From IMG/VR virus record IMGVR_UViG_3300045988_164982: a stretch of DNA of 64,000 nucleotides; one strand, given 5' to 3'. Source of the DNA: a virus. A program made the position numbers and the translations under genes. Below the pieces are notes generated by a model that did not search any database, was not told the DNA's origin, and was given only the letters and a program-made list of their open reading frames with translations. Below are positions 27,791 to 37,200 of this stretch, one piece after another (positions within the stretch are counted from its first letter, which is position 1; each line of letters starts with the position of its first letter).

Positions 27791-28425
27791 ATAGCAGACC
27801 CCTTAACAGCTAGTGATTACAAACAACCACCTGTGGTAGCTTGTATCGGCAACGGGCAATGCAATCAGTTAAGTTTGCAGGATAAAATGGGGGCATTAAA
27901 CTGTATGCATGACCAACAAGCTGTTTTGATAGGTTCAAAGCCAGCTGATGATAAGAATACATGTAAGTTAGCAAACGGAAAAACCACGACTGGGACACTG
28001 TTAGCCAACTGTGGGACAAAGTTGTTTACAGGCAACCAAGAGGCTTTCAGCGGAGATTTCTATATAATTGATGGCAGAGGGGAATAAAAATGCAATATAC
28101 TGTAGATTTTGGCAGGACGGCAGACAGAATCCAGATGGAAGCCACCAAGAGCACTACTTTATCTGCCCAAGGTGGCGGTATGGGTGCTAAAACGGGGTTG
28201 TATTGTCTGCCGAAAGGAGATGATGATGTGGAATATATTGTAAGGAGATTGACACCATTAGAGTGCGAAAGATTGCAGGGACTCCCTGATGGGTTCACAG
28301 ATATAAAGTTCAAAGGCAAGCCTGCACCAGACAGTAAGCGGTACAAAGCTATTGGCAACGGCATGGCTCACCCTTGTGCAAGTTTTGTGTTAGCACAGAT
28401 TGTAAAAGCAGAAAATAAATCGTAA
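27791..28425 (+). pseudogene. DNA cytosine-5 methyltransferase remnant (C-terminal motifs IX/X only, frame-disrupted)
   Basis: 28090-28425 encodes RRLTPLECERLQGLPDGFT ... KRYKAIGNGMAHP; upstream frames are interrupted by stops; no motif I/IV N-terminal half is present. Confidence 0.55.
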
Positions 28426-28439
28426 TATATACCTACAAT

Positions 28440-28735
28440 TAAAGTAACTAAAATAGAATATTCACATCGAAAGATTGCTGACCAACAGCATGACCAACAA
28501 AGATGTTTATTATAATATAAAAAAGTAAAATCGTATAAACACAAAATGTAGATGAATAAAGGCTTGGTAAACTTTAGTATACAAATCCACAATTACATCC
28601 GATAATTTATACGAATGGGAGAGATTATTCATAAACCCAGAGTTTACTAAGCCTGACAAGGTATATAAACATCTTTGACCAACATTTGACTAACAAAAAA
28701 CGCCCTGAGTGATTCAGAGCGTTTTTTTGTTAGCT
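28440..28735. other. candidate attP region with TGACCAACA direct repeats and a bidirectional terminator hairpin
   Basis: AT-rich ORF-free stretch abutting the 3' end of int; TGACCAACA at 28479, 28494 and 28674 (plus TGACTAACA); hairpin AACGCCCTGAgtgatTCAGAGCGTT flanked by an A-run and a T-run at 28706-28735. Confidence 0.35.
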
Positions 28736-29779
28736 TTGCGGTAAAAAATCATTTAACATTGCAGCAACTTCTTTGTCGTGCTGTTTATACACATGCCCAT
28801 ATGTATTCAGCGTAATGCTAGGGTTAGAATGTCCAAGTCTGCTAGCGATAACATTCACAGGGACACCCATTTTGATTAAGAACGATGCGTGAGAGTGCCT
28901 TAATCCATGAATGGTTATCACATGAACGCCAGCACGCTCACACAGCCTTTTTAAGCGGGTACGTATGGTTCTGACATCTAACTCTTGAAATAGGTATTCA
29001 GTAGGCTTAGACAAGTTCTCAACGTATTCCTCGATTATCTTCATACAAGAAGATGGCATTGTTATGGTACGAACGCTATAACTTGATTTAGTCGTACTAA
29101 TCTTATGTCCTATTGTATCATATTGTTTGTTAATAGTGATAGTATTTTTTTGAAAATTTAAATCGTTGATAGTAAGCCCCAGAAATTCTCCTATACGCAT
29201 ACCAGACCAATACAAAGTATAGAACACTACTTTGTCGTAATCATTAGCTATTTTGCTGGCAACCAGTTCCCATTCATCTTGCTCTAAAAAGTTGTTATTG
29301 TCTTTGTCTGCTGCAGGTAATAGTGGCTCTATACTGGTAAGCTCGCTTGAAAGGTTGTAATATTTTACACCAAAACCTATAAAGGCCTTAAAAGAAACGA
29401 GAATTAGTTTCATAGAGGCGGGGGACAGTGGAAGTTCCATAACATAATTCTGCCATTTTCGTACAGTGAACGGAGTAATGCTGCTGATAGGCAATTCGCC
29501 TATTTTTGGCAATATATACATATTAATGTTCTTGCGAACACTTCTGTAAGAATTTGCCTTGTAGTGTAATTTATAGTCAGCCAAGTATTCATCAGCCATT
29601 GCACTAAGAGTAATTGTAGGTTTGCTTTGAGATTGAGCACGAAAATTTCTTTCATATTCCAGGGCATCCTTTTTCCTTTCAAATCCTCGCTTTGTGGTAG
29701 ACCGCGAATGCCCGCACCAGTCGCGATAACGGAATTTGCAGTACCATGATTTTTGTTCTTTATCATAGTAGACAGACAT
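28730..29779 (-). CDS. int: tyrosine site-specific integrase
   Basis: C-terminal HGLRHSHASFLIKMGVPVNVIASRLGHSNPSITLNTYGHV catalytic region (R..H..R..Y). Confidence 0.85.
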   Translation of the reverse strand: MSVYYDKEQKSWYCKFRYRDWCGHSRSTTKRGFERKKDALEYERNFRAQSQSKPTITLSAMADEYLADYKLHYKANSYRSVRKNINMYILPKIGELPISSITPFTVRKWQNYVMELPLSPASMKLILVSFKAFIGFGVKYYNLSSELTSIEPLLPAADKDNNNFLEQDEWELVASKIANDYDKVVFYTLYWSGMRIGEFLGLTINDLNFQKNTITINKQYDTIGHKISTTKSSYSVRTITMPSSCMKIIEEYVENLSKPTEYLFQELDVRTIRTRLKRLCERAGVHVITIHGLRHSHASFLIKMGVPVNVIASRLGHSNPSITLNTYGHVYKQHDKEVAAMLNDFLPQS

Positions 29780-29991
29780 TTTTCTTCTCTCCTCATTTTG
29801 CCAAATTAAAATACGATGATATAATATATATAGGCAGCTTCACATGTCTATCTCCAGTTTTCACGAGAACTGCTCATTTTCAAACCTCCGTTCTTATATC
29901 CCTACTTACCCTTTTTGGATAGTAGGGATTTTTTTTGAAATATAAAAACTAGCTTATCAAGTAGGTATACACCACAATCAAAGCTAGTTTG

Positions 29992-30321
29992 CTAATTTAA
30001 ATATTCTATTGGCGGAGCCCTCGTATGCAGATAAGAACGTATTTGCTTATGAGGGCATACTCTATTCATCACATATACTACGCAGATAACAGTTAGGATA
30101 GGCAAAAAACGAACAATATCGCTTGCCAGCACATTGCCAATGTTATGTTTGACTTTTGCCAGCATAGGATAGTGTTTATGCGAATCTACATGGTCACACG
30201 CAGAATATATTTCATTTTCACTAGAATCTTGAATCTGTACTGTTGTGAAGAATAGCGCCAGATTCAACGACAGAAAAACCGATAACAGCAGCCCTACACA
30301 TAGCTGCTTATATTCCCTCAT
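29992..30321 (-). CDS. membrane protein between int and repressor (possible lysogenic-conversion or exclusion protein)
   Basis: 109 aa with two transmembrane segments; same orientation as int and cI. Confidence 0.4.
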   Translation of the reverse strand: MREYKQLCVGLLLSVFLSLNLALFFTTVQIQDSSENEIYSACDHVDSHKHYPMLAKVKHNIGNVLASDIVRFLPILTVICVVYVMNRVCPHKQIRSYLHTRAPPIEYLN

Positions 30322-30470
30322 AATAATCGCTTCCTATCAACGGTTTGTTATAACAATGACGACAATCTCTCCATTATCAAGTAAAACCTCGATTTTCATA
30401 AGAGAGCCTCCCCTCGCTATATATTTTCATATCCTTATGGATATTGAAGCAGGGTAATGTCAAATCGAAG

Positions 30471-30977
30471 TTATTTTATTACTTTAGCCTCTTTCAAACC
30501 AGTGAATAAAGCCATTTTTATCAGTTCTTTATTCTCACGTGGCATAAGGGCAAGCCTTTTTGATAACATGACAGAATCGCATTTCTTTAATACAGCTAAA
30601 GTTTTAGGGTCATCTTGAAAAATATTTTCTAAGATACCTTTGGAAACTTCCTTTACTAAAGTTGGGGTATGTGCTACAAAACGTACAGCAACAACACGTG
30701 AATCCAAGCCACATTCCTCAGCCAATTCTTCTGTAGATAAGTCGAACGCTTTAGCAAGGGCTTTGAACTTATCTACAGGGATAGATTTCTTCCCCAGTTC
30801 CATTTGATTAACCGAGCTGCGGGACATGTAACCTATCTTTAATGCCAGCTCTTCCTGTGTCATGCCAGCCATTTTCCTAAGATACTTTATGCGCTTGCCT
30901 ATAGCTTTATAGTCGATTTCATCCATCCCACCAATAGGAGGTAAGGAATCAGTTTGATATGCGCCCATAAAAACCAC
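30471..30977 (-). CDS. cI-like repressor, HTH_XRE family
   Basis: HTH MAGMTQEELALKIGYMSRSSVNQMELGK; divergent from the cro-like gene; RBS GAGAGGTGG. Confidence 0.65.
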   Translation of the reverse strand: MVFMGAYQTDSLPPIGGMDEIDYKAIGKRIKYLRKMAGMTQEELALKIGYMSRSSVNQMELGKKSIPVDKFKALAKAFDLSTEELAEECGLDSRVVAVRFVAHTPTLVKEVSKGILENIFQDDPKTLAVLKKCDSVMLSKRLALMPRENKELIKMALFTGLKEAKVIK

Positions 30978-31036
30978 CTCTCAACTAAAAAATAATAAAC
31001 ATTTGTTAAATATTGTACACTACTATAATACAGCAT

Positions 31037-31120
31037 TGTAGCCATAAAAGCAAACTTTTTGAAAAAATACTTTACATATGGCTACAAATATGTTATATTA
31101 TTCTTGTAGCCAAAAACAGC
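31037..31120. promoter_or_regulatory. cI/cro intergenic operator cluster (TTGTAGCCAT...ATGGCTACAA and TGTAGCCAAAAACAGCTACA)
   Basis: nested inverted repeats around a TTTACA -35-like element. Confidence 0.5.
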
Positions 31121-31149
31121 TACAAAACAATGTAGAAGAGGGTGACATT

Positions 31150-31380
31150 TTGGAGAAAAAACAAAACAGAGAAGTAGACCAAAAGGAACTGCGGATTGCA
31201 ATGATAAGAGCAGATGTAACTATGGCACAGCTTATTGCTGGTCTAGAACTGTCTCCACCTGGCTTTTACCGCAAGTTAAACGGGAAAAGCCACTTTACAA
31301 CCAAAGAGATAAGAATTATTTCAAAAATTCTTTCTTTGACAGTTGAGGATAGAGATAAAATTTTTTTACTCTATTTGTAG
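31150..31380 (+). CDS. cro-like HTH protein (TTG or ATG-31198 start)
   Basis: HTH VTMAQLIAGLELSPPGFYRKLNG; divergent from the repressor. Confidence 0.45.
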   Translation: MEKKQNREVDQKELRIAMIRADVTMAQLIAGLELSPPGFYRKLNGKSHFTTKEIRIISKILSLTVEDRDKIFLLYL

Positions 31381-31382
31381 TC

Positions 31383-31404
31383 AGAAACAGCTACAAAATA
31401 AAGT
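31383..31404. promoter_or_regulatory. operator copy TGTAGTCAGAAACAGCTACA
   Basis: third copy of the palindrome. Confidence 0.45.
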
Positions 31405-31643
31405 AGTTCGGTGCAACATATAGGGTTCTAGTTTGAAACTGCACTGTGTTCTTAAAAAGTACAGTACGCTCCGAGCACAGGATAAGGTAATGCGAGTCTA
31501 CCTGCTAGAATCTTGTATGTTACATCGAACTATGAGAAAGAAAGGAAGATTTGAGATGTTGAACTACCACGGAGTCGGGATAGTGTGTACTATTGGTTGC
31601 TTACTGATATTGATTGCTTTGTAAAAAAGGAAGTGGAGAGGCT

Positions 31644-31928
31644 TTGAAATGGAAAAAACTTGTGCTTGCAGTTGCAGGTCTTGCGACAACATCGTTTATG
31701 ATTCCACAATATCCCAACATAGAAACTGTATCAGCTGTATATACCGTAAAAAGCGGCGATACGCTTAGAGGTATATCGGAAAAGTTTTTGCCTCTAAACA
31801 CTGGGGACAGGCGGTATATCCTCGAATTTGAGGAAAGCATTGTAGAACTCAACCCAGAGCTTCAAAAAGACCGTGGCAGTATTTACCCTGGGCAGAAAAT
31901 CCGCATTAATTATTGGGTAAAGGAGTGA
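31644..31928 (+). CDS. LysM-domain secreted protein
   Basis: hydrophobic N-terminus and YTVKSGDTLRGISEKF LysM motif; start codon uncertain. Confidence 0.4.
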   Translation: MKWKKLVLAVAGLATTSFMIPQYPNIETVSAVYTVKSGDTLRGISEKFLPLNTGDRRYILEFEESIVELNPELQKDRGSIYPGQKIRINYWVKE

Positions 31929-31932
31929 GAGT

Positions 31933-33897
31933 ATGACAGATAGGGGGGCTTACAAAATGAAATTTCAAAAATTAATATTGGAAAATTTTCGAGGGATGAA
32001 AAAGCTGGAGGTGGATTTTGCTGGTGCCTCTTGTAATGTATATGGTAGAAACGCCAGTGGAAAGACAACGATAGCCAATGCTATCTGCTGGTTGCTTACT
32101 GGCTCAGCCATGACAGGAGAAAAGGATTTTTCTCCTAAGACGGCAGGCAGTCACAATCTCCACCACAAGGCAGAGCTGACAATCCAGAAGGATGACGGCA
32201 GCATAGTAGTCCTGTCTAAAGACTATTATGAAAAGTGGACCAAAAAAAAAGGAGCTAGTACAGCTGAACTGACAGGACACACTACAGACTTCGCTATTGA
32301 TGGAGTACCACAGAAAGAGAAAGACTATATAAAAGCTGTAGAGACTCTCTGTGGTGGCAGTACGGACAAGATAAAGGAAATATCTATACTAGGGTATTTC
32401 AGCGAATCCATAAAGGCTGACGACCGCAGGAGGGTATTGCTGGAGGTTTGCGGTGATGTGTCTGATGAGGAAATCATGAAAGACGACAGACTACAGGGAT
32501 TGGAAAAATTCCTGCGAGTGCCTGGCACCGAGAATCAGCAGTATTCCATTGATGATTATCGGGCCATCGCTCTTAAACAGCGTTCCAAGCTAAAAAAGGA
32601 GCTTGATACACTGCCTGAGCGTATTGATGAACAGAATAACAGCTTGCCTGAGGCTGTAGATGAAAAGGCTTTACAGACGGAGTTAGAAGAGTTACAGAGG
32701 CTTAGAAACGAGCTGAGCAATACAGATAAAGTTGTCGCCAAGGAAGCGGCCATCAGAGGTCTGAGGGCTGGCATAGAAAAAGAAAAGGTTCAATTCACAC
32801 AGGAACAGGTCGAGGCCAATTTAGAAGCTCAGAAAAAAATAGATAGGCTGATGGCCAAGAAAAGCGAATACAGCGAACGAAAAAGTAATCTAAGTTTTGA
32901 GGTTATACAGAAACAGCAGAATGTCAGCCAGATGGCTGATAGGCGTCAGAGCCTGCTGAATGAGTGGCAGGAAGTGGCCTCTTTGAAATGGCGGGATGGA
33001 GATAATATATGTCCCTGCTGTGGTCAGGAACTTCCAGCTGATCAGCTGGAGACGAAAAAGGCAGCGTTTATGGACAATATAAAGAACCGCAAAGAGGAAA
33101 TCCGCAAGCAGGGGCAGACCTGTAGCGATGCCTTGATTCAGCAGTTAAAGGCTGAATTAGAGCTACAGCAGGGTGAGGTTGACAGACTGGACAAGGAAAT
33201 AGCTATTCTTGAAAAAGAAAAAGCCCTGATATATGGACAGATGAAAGAACCCGCACCTTTTGAGCATACCAAAAGATACAAAGAGGCTATGGAGAGAATC
33301 CGCCAGCTGGAGAGCGAGAGCACAGACAATATAGCTGTTGCCAGGGAACAGCTTGCAGATGTAGATAAACGCATCCGAGAGGTAAATGAGGGGCTGGCTA
33401 CAAAGGCTATGACTGAAAAAATCAAAGCTCGTATTACGGAGCTGGAGAAAATCCAGCAGGCCAAGGCTTCCCAGTTGGAGCAGGTAGAGCATGGCCTTTA
33501 TCTCTGTGATGAGTTCATACGCATTAAGGTGGCTATGGTGACAGAGAAAATAAACAGCAGATTCAAAACTATCAGCTTCCAGCTCTTCAAGGAGCAGGTA
33601 AATGGCGGTATCAAGGAATGCTGTGAGGCACTGATACCATCACCAGATGGCACAATGGTTGAGTACAAGGCCGCCAATACAGCTGCCAAGGTAAATGCAG
33701 GACTGGAAATTATAGGAGTCCTCTCAGAGCACTATGGCATGAATATGCCAATTATCATGGACCAGGCCGAAAGTGTAATCAAGCTTGTTAATATCAATCA
33801 GCAGTTAATCAGGCTGATTGTGGCAGACCAGCCATTAGAAATAGAGGTTGTAGATACCTTAGCAGGTATAACAGATACAAAGAGAAGGAGTGCATAA
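31933..33897 (+). CDS. Rad50/SbcC-like (AAA_23) coiled-coil ATPase of the recombination module
   Basis: N-terminal LILENFRGMKKL...GRNASGKTT Walker A; long coiled-coil middle; adjacent to RecT. Confidence 0.55.
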   Translation: MTDRGAYKMKFQKLILENFRGMKKLEVDFAGASCNVYGRNASGKTTIANAICWLLTGSAMTGEKDFSPKTAGSHNLHHKAELTIQKDDGSIVVLSKDYYEKWTKKKGASTAELTGHTTDFAIDGVPQKEKDYIKAVETLCGGSTDKIKEISILGYFSESIKADDRRRVLLEVCGDVSDEEIMKDDRLQGLEKFLRVPGTENQQYSIDDYRAIALKQRSKLKKELDTLPERIDEQNNSLPEAVDEKALQTELEELQRLRNELSNTDKVVAKEAAIRGLRAGIEKEKVQFTQEQVEANLEAQKKIDRLMAKKSEYSERKSNLSFEVIQKQQNVSQMADRRQSLLNEWQEVASLKWRDGDNICPCCGQELPADQLETKKAAFMDNIKNRKEEIRKQGQTCSDALIQQLKAELELQQGEVDRLDKEIAILEKEKALIYGQMKEPAPFEHTKRYKEAMERIRQLESESTDNIAVAREQLADVDKRIREVNEGLATKAMTEKIKARITELEKIQQAKASQLEQVEHGLYLCDEFIRIKVAMVTEKINSRFKTISFQLFKEQVNGGIKECCEALIPSPDGTMVEYKAANTAAKVNAGLEIIGVLSEHYGMNMPIIMDQAESVIKLVNINQQLIRLIVADQPLEIEVVDTLAGITDTKRRSA

Positions 33898-33899
33898 AT

Positions 33900-34685
33900 A
33901 TGTCAAACGAAATTATAAATACCGAACCCAAGGAGATGGAGATTACCCGTCCAGGCTTTGAAAGCGAGAAGGGCTTTGCTCTCCTCCAGCGCATGGCGAA
34001 GATGTTCAATCTTTCCACCATTGTTCCTGAGACATTCAGAGGTGAAAAGAACATTGGCAACTGTGCAATAGCTATCAATATGGCCCAGAGAATGGGAGCT
34101 GATCCTTTGATGGTTATGCAGAATATGTACATTGTCTACGGCAATCCAGCCTGGAGCAGTAAATTCATGATAGCCACCTTTAACAGCTGTGGCCGTTATG
34201 AGGCTATCAAATACAAGGTTACTGGAGAACGTAGTACAGATACTCAGGGCGTAATTGCATGGACTAGAGAGAAATCCTCCGGTGATATTATCGAGGGGCC
34301 GGAGGTAACAATAGGCATTGCCAAGGCTGAGGGCTGGTATAACAAGTCTGGCAGTAAATGGAAAACCATGCCGGATCAGTTGCTTAGATACAGAGCTGCC
34401 AGCTGGCTGATTCGTACTACAGCCCCAGAAATCAGCATGGGATTGATGACTAGTGATGAAATAGAGGATATTGGGCCAGAGATGGAGCACGTTGTTGACC
34501 TTGATGAAGCAATGAGCAGTGTTGAGAATGATATGGCTGCTCTGCCAGAAGCTAAGCCTATTGTTGAGGCACCTGTGGCAGAGTTTAAGATGGAAGCTCC
34601 CAAGAGCAAGACTACAGCAAAGGCAACAAAGCCGGCAAAGACAGCAGAAGCACCCGCTGCTGAAATGGAAGAGCCTGGCTTCTAA
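33900..34685 (+). CDS. recT: RecT-family single-strand annealing protein
   Basis: central RecT-like region (GNCAIAINMAQRMGADPLMVMQNMYIVYG...); acidic, low-complexity C-terminus. Confidence 0.55.
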   Translation: MSNEIINTEPKEMEITRPGFESEKGFALLQRMAKMFNLSTIVPETFRGEKNIGNCAIAINMAQRMGADPLMVMQNMYIVYGNPAWSSKFMIATFNSCGRYEAIKYKVTGERSTDTQGVIAWTREKSSGDIIEGPEVTIGIAKAEGWYNKSGSKWKTMPDQLLRYRAASWLIRTTAPEISMGLMTSDEIEDIGPEMEHVVDLDEAMSSVENDMAALPEAKPIVEAPVAEFKMEAPKSKTTAKATKPAKTAEAPAAEMEEPGF

Positions 34686-35384
34686 TTGGATATTAGGGTA
34701 ATTGGTTCAGGGAGTGCTGGTAACTGCTATCTCATAAATGATGGCAAAACCGCACTCCTACTGGACGCAGGTATAGCATTTAGCGAGATTCAGAAGGCTA
34801 TGGACTTTGACACAAGTCATATCAGAGGGTGCCTGATAACTCATCAACATGGGGACCATGCTAAGGCAGGGAAGGACATGGCCAAAAGGGGAATCAAGGT
34901 TTATGCTAACGTAAATACAGCTGTAGCAGTAGGCAAGGGGGCCAAGGTGCTGGAGCCCCTTACTAGCTATGGTATAGATACTATGACTATTCTACCTTTT
35001 GAGGTGGTGCATGATGTCCCGTGCTTCGGGTACAGGATAGACAGCTTGGTAACAGGCGAGAGACTGGTGTACATAACAGATGCTGCGGGTTTTAGGTTCT
35101 CTATCAAAGGAACTACCCATCTGCTGGTAGAGTGCAATCACAGTCATGAGAAGCTGATTGAGAGAGTCAGAACCAATGAGATGAATCCTGTGCTGGGGAA
35201 TCGAGTAGCTAAAACTCATATGAGTTTTGAGACACTGACCAGGTATCTGTCTGATGGGCGTATTCAGGTGGACAAACTAAAAAAGGTAATGCTGATACAT
35301 CTATCAGATGGAAACAGTGATGCCGGAATGTTCCGTGAAGCCATACAGGAGCTTTTGCCAGAGGCTGAGGTTACTGTGTGGTAG
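34686..35384 (+). CDS. metallo-beta-lactamase-fold hydrolase (candidate nuclease partner)
   Basis: HQHGDH motif; TTG start overlapping the recT stop. Confidence 0.55.
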   Translation: MDIRVIGSGSAGNCYLINDGKTALLLDAGIAFSEIQKAMDFDTSHIRGCLITHQHGDHAKAGKDMAKRGIKVYANVNTAVAVGKGAKVLEPLTSYGIDTMTILPFEVVHDVPCFGYRIDSLVTGERLVYITDAAGFRFSIKGTTHLLVECNHSHEKLIERVRTNEMNPVLGNRVAKTHMSFETLTRYLSDGRIQVDKLKKVMLIHLSDGNSDAGMFREAIQELLPEAEVTVW

Positions 35385-35661
35385 AGAAAGGGGGCCGGCA
35401 GAGATGGGAGAAAATGGTAGCTTTCAAGGGCTGTGGATTCCAAGGGAAATTTCGCTTCTACCAGTCAGCATAACGCAAAAGGTTCTGCATGGATAAGAAG
35501 TTTGTGGCTATCTGCATGGAAGTTAAGTTCCAAAAGCGAGCAAAAGAGTTCACACTAGACGATTACACCACATTTGTCAACAACTTTGACGGCTACATTG
35601 CTGAGGTTCAGGAAGAAGCTATCAAGCGTATGAGTGCGTGAGTCGAACTGGGGGAATTGAA

Positions 35662-36075
35662 ATGAGAAAGAATTGTATGGCGGAAGTTGCTAAGGCTCTC
35701 GGTTTAGAGCTGGAAGAAGTGTTTCGTATTGATGGTGATGAGCATTATTTTAGGCTTACAGATACAGGCTTAGGAATGTCGATGTGTTCAGAAAACAAAA
35801 ATTGGTTTGTTGCTCCTATCAATGCACTAAACGGATTGCTACTTGGTGAAAATGAGATTATTAAGCTGCCATGGAGGCCGCAGGAAGATGAGAAATATTA
35901 TGTTCCATTTATTGCTACCAAGCCTATAAATATGTATGACGAACATTACTGGCTGAACGAGGACATCGATATGAAACGTTATCGTATGGGGCTGGTATGT
36001 AAGACTAGAGAAGAAGCTACTGCTATGACAAAGAAAATGTTAGCAGTAGCAAAGGAGGGTAAAAATAATGGCTAA
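35662..36075 (+). CDS. paralog family member 5
   Basis: MAEVAKALGLELEEVFRI ... IIKLPWRPQEDEKYYVP ... GLVCKTREEATAMTKKML. Confidence 0.55.
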   Translation: MRKNCMAEVAKALGLELEEVFRIDGDEHYFRLTDTGLGMSMCSENKNWFVAPINALNGLLLGENEIIKLPWRPQEDEKYYVPFIATKPINMYDEHYWLNEDIDMKRYRMGLVCKTREEATAMTKKMLAVAKEGKNNG

Positions 36076-36481
36076 TCACATAGCGGAAGTAGCCCGGATG
36101 TTGGGCGTAGAGATAGGAGAGATATTTAAGATTGCTGATGATACTCATGACGATTGCCAGAGATACCATCGATTCACAAAGAACGCTGGTATTGAAATAT
36201 CAGATGATGGTATTGAATGGAAAACGGCCGGTACAGTGATATTGAAATTTCTCCTGATGGGGAATGTTAGAATTGTCAAACTGCCGTGGAAGCCTAGGGA
36301 AAATGAGAGGTATTACTATCCACTTCCTAGCGACAACGACCTGTGGGGAGGTTCGACTTGGACAGATAGTAACTACGATAATATGAGACTTAATCGTGGT
36401 CTTGTCTTAAAGACAAGAGATGAAGCTGTCGCGGTAGCCAAGAAAATGCTGACAGTGATGCAGGAACAGGCGGTTGAGTAA
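36068..36481 (+). CDS. paralog family member 6
   Basis: IAEVARMLGVEIGEIFKI ... IVKLPWKPRENERYYYP ... GLVLKTRDEAVAVAKKML. Confidence 0.55.
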   Translation: MANHIAEVARMLGVEIGEIFKIADDTHDDCQRYHRFTKNAGIEISDDGIEWKTAGTVILKFLLMGNVRIVKLPWKPRENERYYYPLPSDNDLWGGSTWTDSNYDNMRLNRGLVLKTRDEAVAVAKKMLTVMQEQAVE

Positions 36482-37155
36482 TGGCACAGGAAGTAGTATT
36501 AGGCGAGATTAAGGACTTCAAAGATGATGGCGAGGTGGTTATAACAGCCACCCTGCCTAACCTCGACAGAGCACTGCTTAGGCAGTATAAAAAAGTTGAA
36601 GTAGGCTTTTGCGATGGCAGAACCTTATCCCCAGAACAAAGGCGGAAGATATATGCCATATTTGGGGAGATTGCAGATTGGATAGGCGATGAAAAGGAAT
36701 CTGTCAAGGAGCAGATGAAATGGGAGTTTGTCCTCAACCGAATGGATAAGATGCGTAAGAGAATGTTCAGTCTTTCAGATGTGGATATGAACACAGCCTC
36801 GGACTTCATTACATTTCTGATAGATTTCATGTTGGAACATGATATTCCATCACGCATACCGCTGATAGAGCTTTGCGATGATGTAGGAAAGTATGTATAT
36901 GCTTGCTTGATGAATAAACGTTGCTGCGTGTGTGGCAAGCATGGAGAACTACACCACTTAGAGGGCAGCAGGGTAGGAATGGGAAGTGACAGGACAGAAG
37001 TACCGCATATAGGCAGGGAAGCAATCTGCTTATGCAGGGAGCACCATACCATAGTCCATAACATGAGCGAGTACAAGTTTATGCATGATAATCATCTTGT
37101 AGGAGTGAAAATAGACGAAGCAATAGCTAAAAAGCATAAACTTAAAGCAAAATAA
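36481..37155 (+). CDS. DUF968-like phage protein with a Cys/His (HNH-like) cluster
   Basis: CCVCGKHGELHHLEG ... CLCREHHTIVH. Confidence 0.4.
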   Translation: MAQEVVLGEIKDFKDDGEVVITATLPNLDRALLRQYKKVEVGFCDGRTLSPEQRRKIYAIFGEIADWIGDEKESVKEQMKWEFVLNRMDKMRKRMFSLSDVDMNTASDFITFLIDFMLEHDIPSRIPLIELCDDVGKYVYACLMNKRCCVCGKHGELHHLEGSRVGMGSDRTEVPHIGREAICLCREHHTIVHNMSEYKFMHDNHLVGVKIDEAIAKKHKLKAK

Positions 37156-37200
37156 AATAAAAAAGAACAGTTTGGTAAATGAAAGGATTGATACTGATAT

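Noticed and set aside
29800-29990. attP on the 5' side of int
   Set aside because: An inverted repeat is present, but the arm-type direct repeats and the AT-rich block lie on the 3' side of int (28440-28730), which is the more usual position. This region was kept only as a secondary candidate.
32325-34609. Minus-strand ORFs overlapping the SMC-like ATPase and recT
   Set aside because: They are antisense shadow ORFs inside well-supported + strand genes. Their Ser/Leu-rich sequences are typical of reverse frames of Glu/Lys-rich coiled-coil genes.
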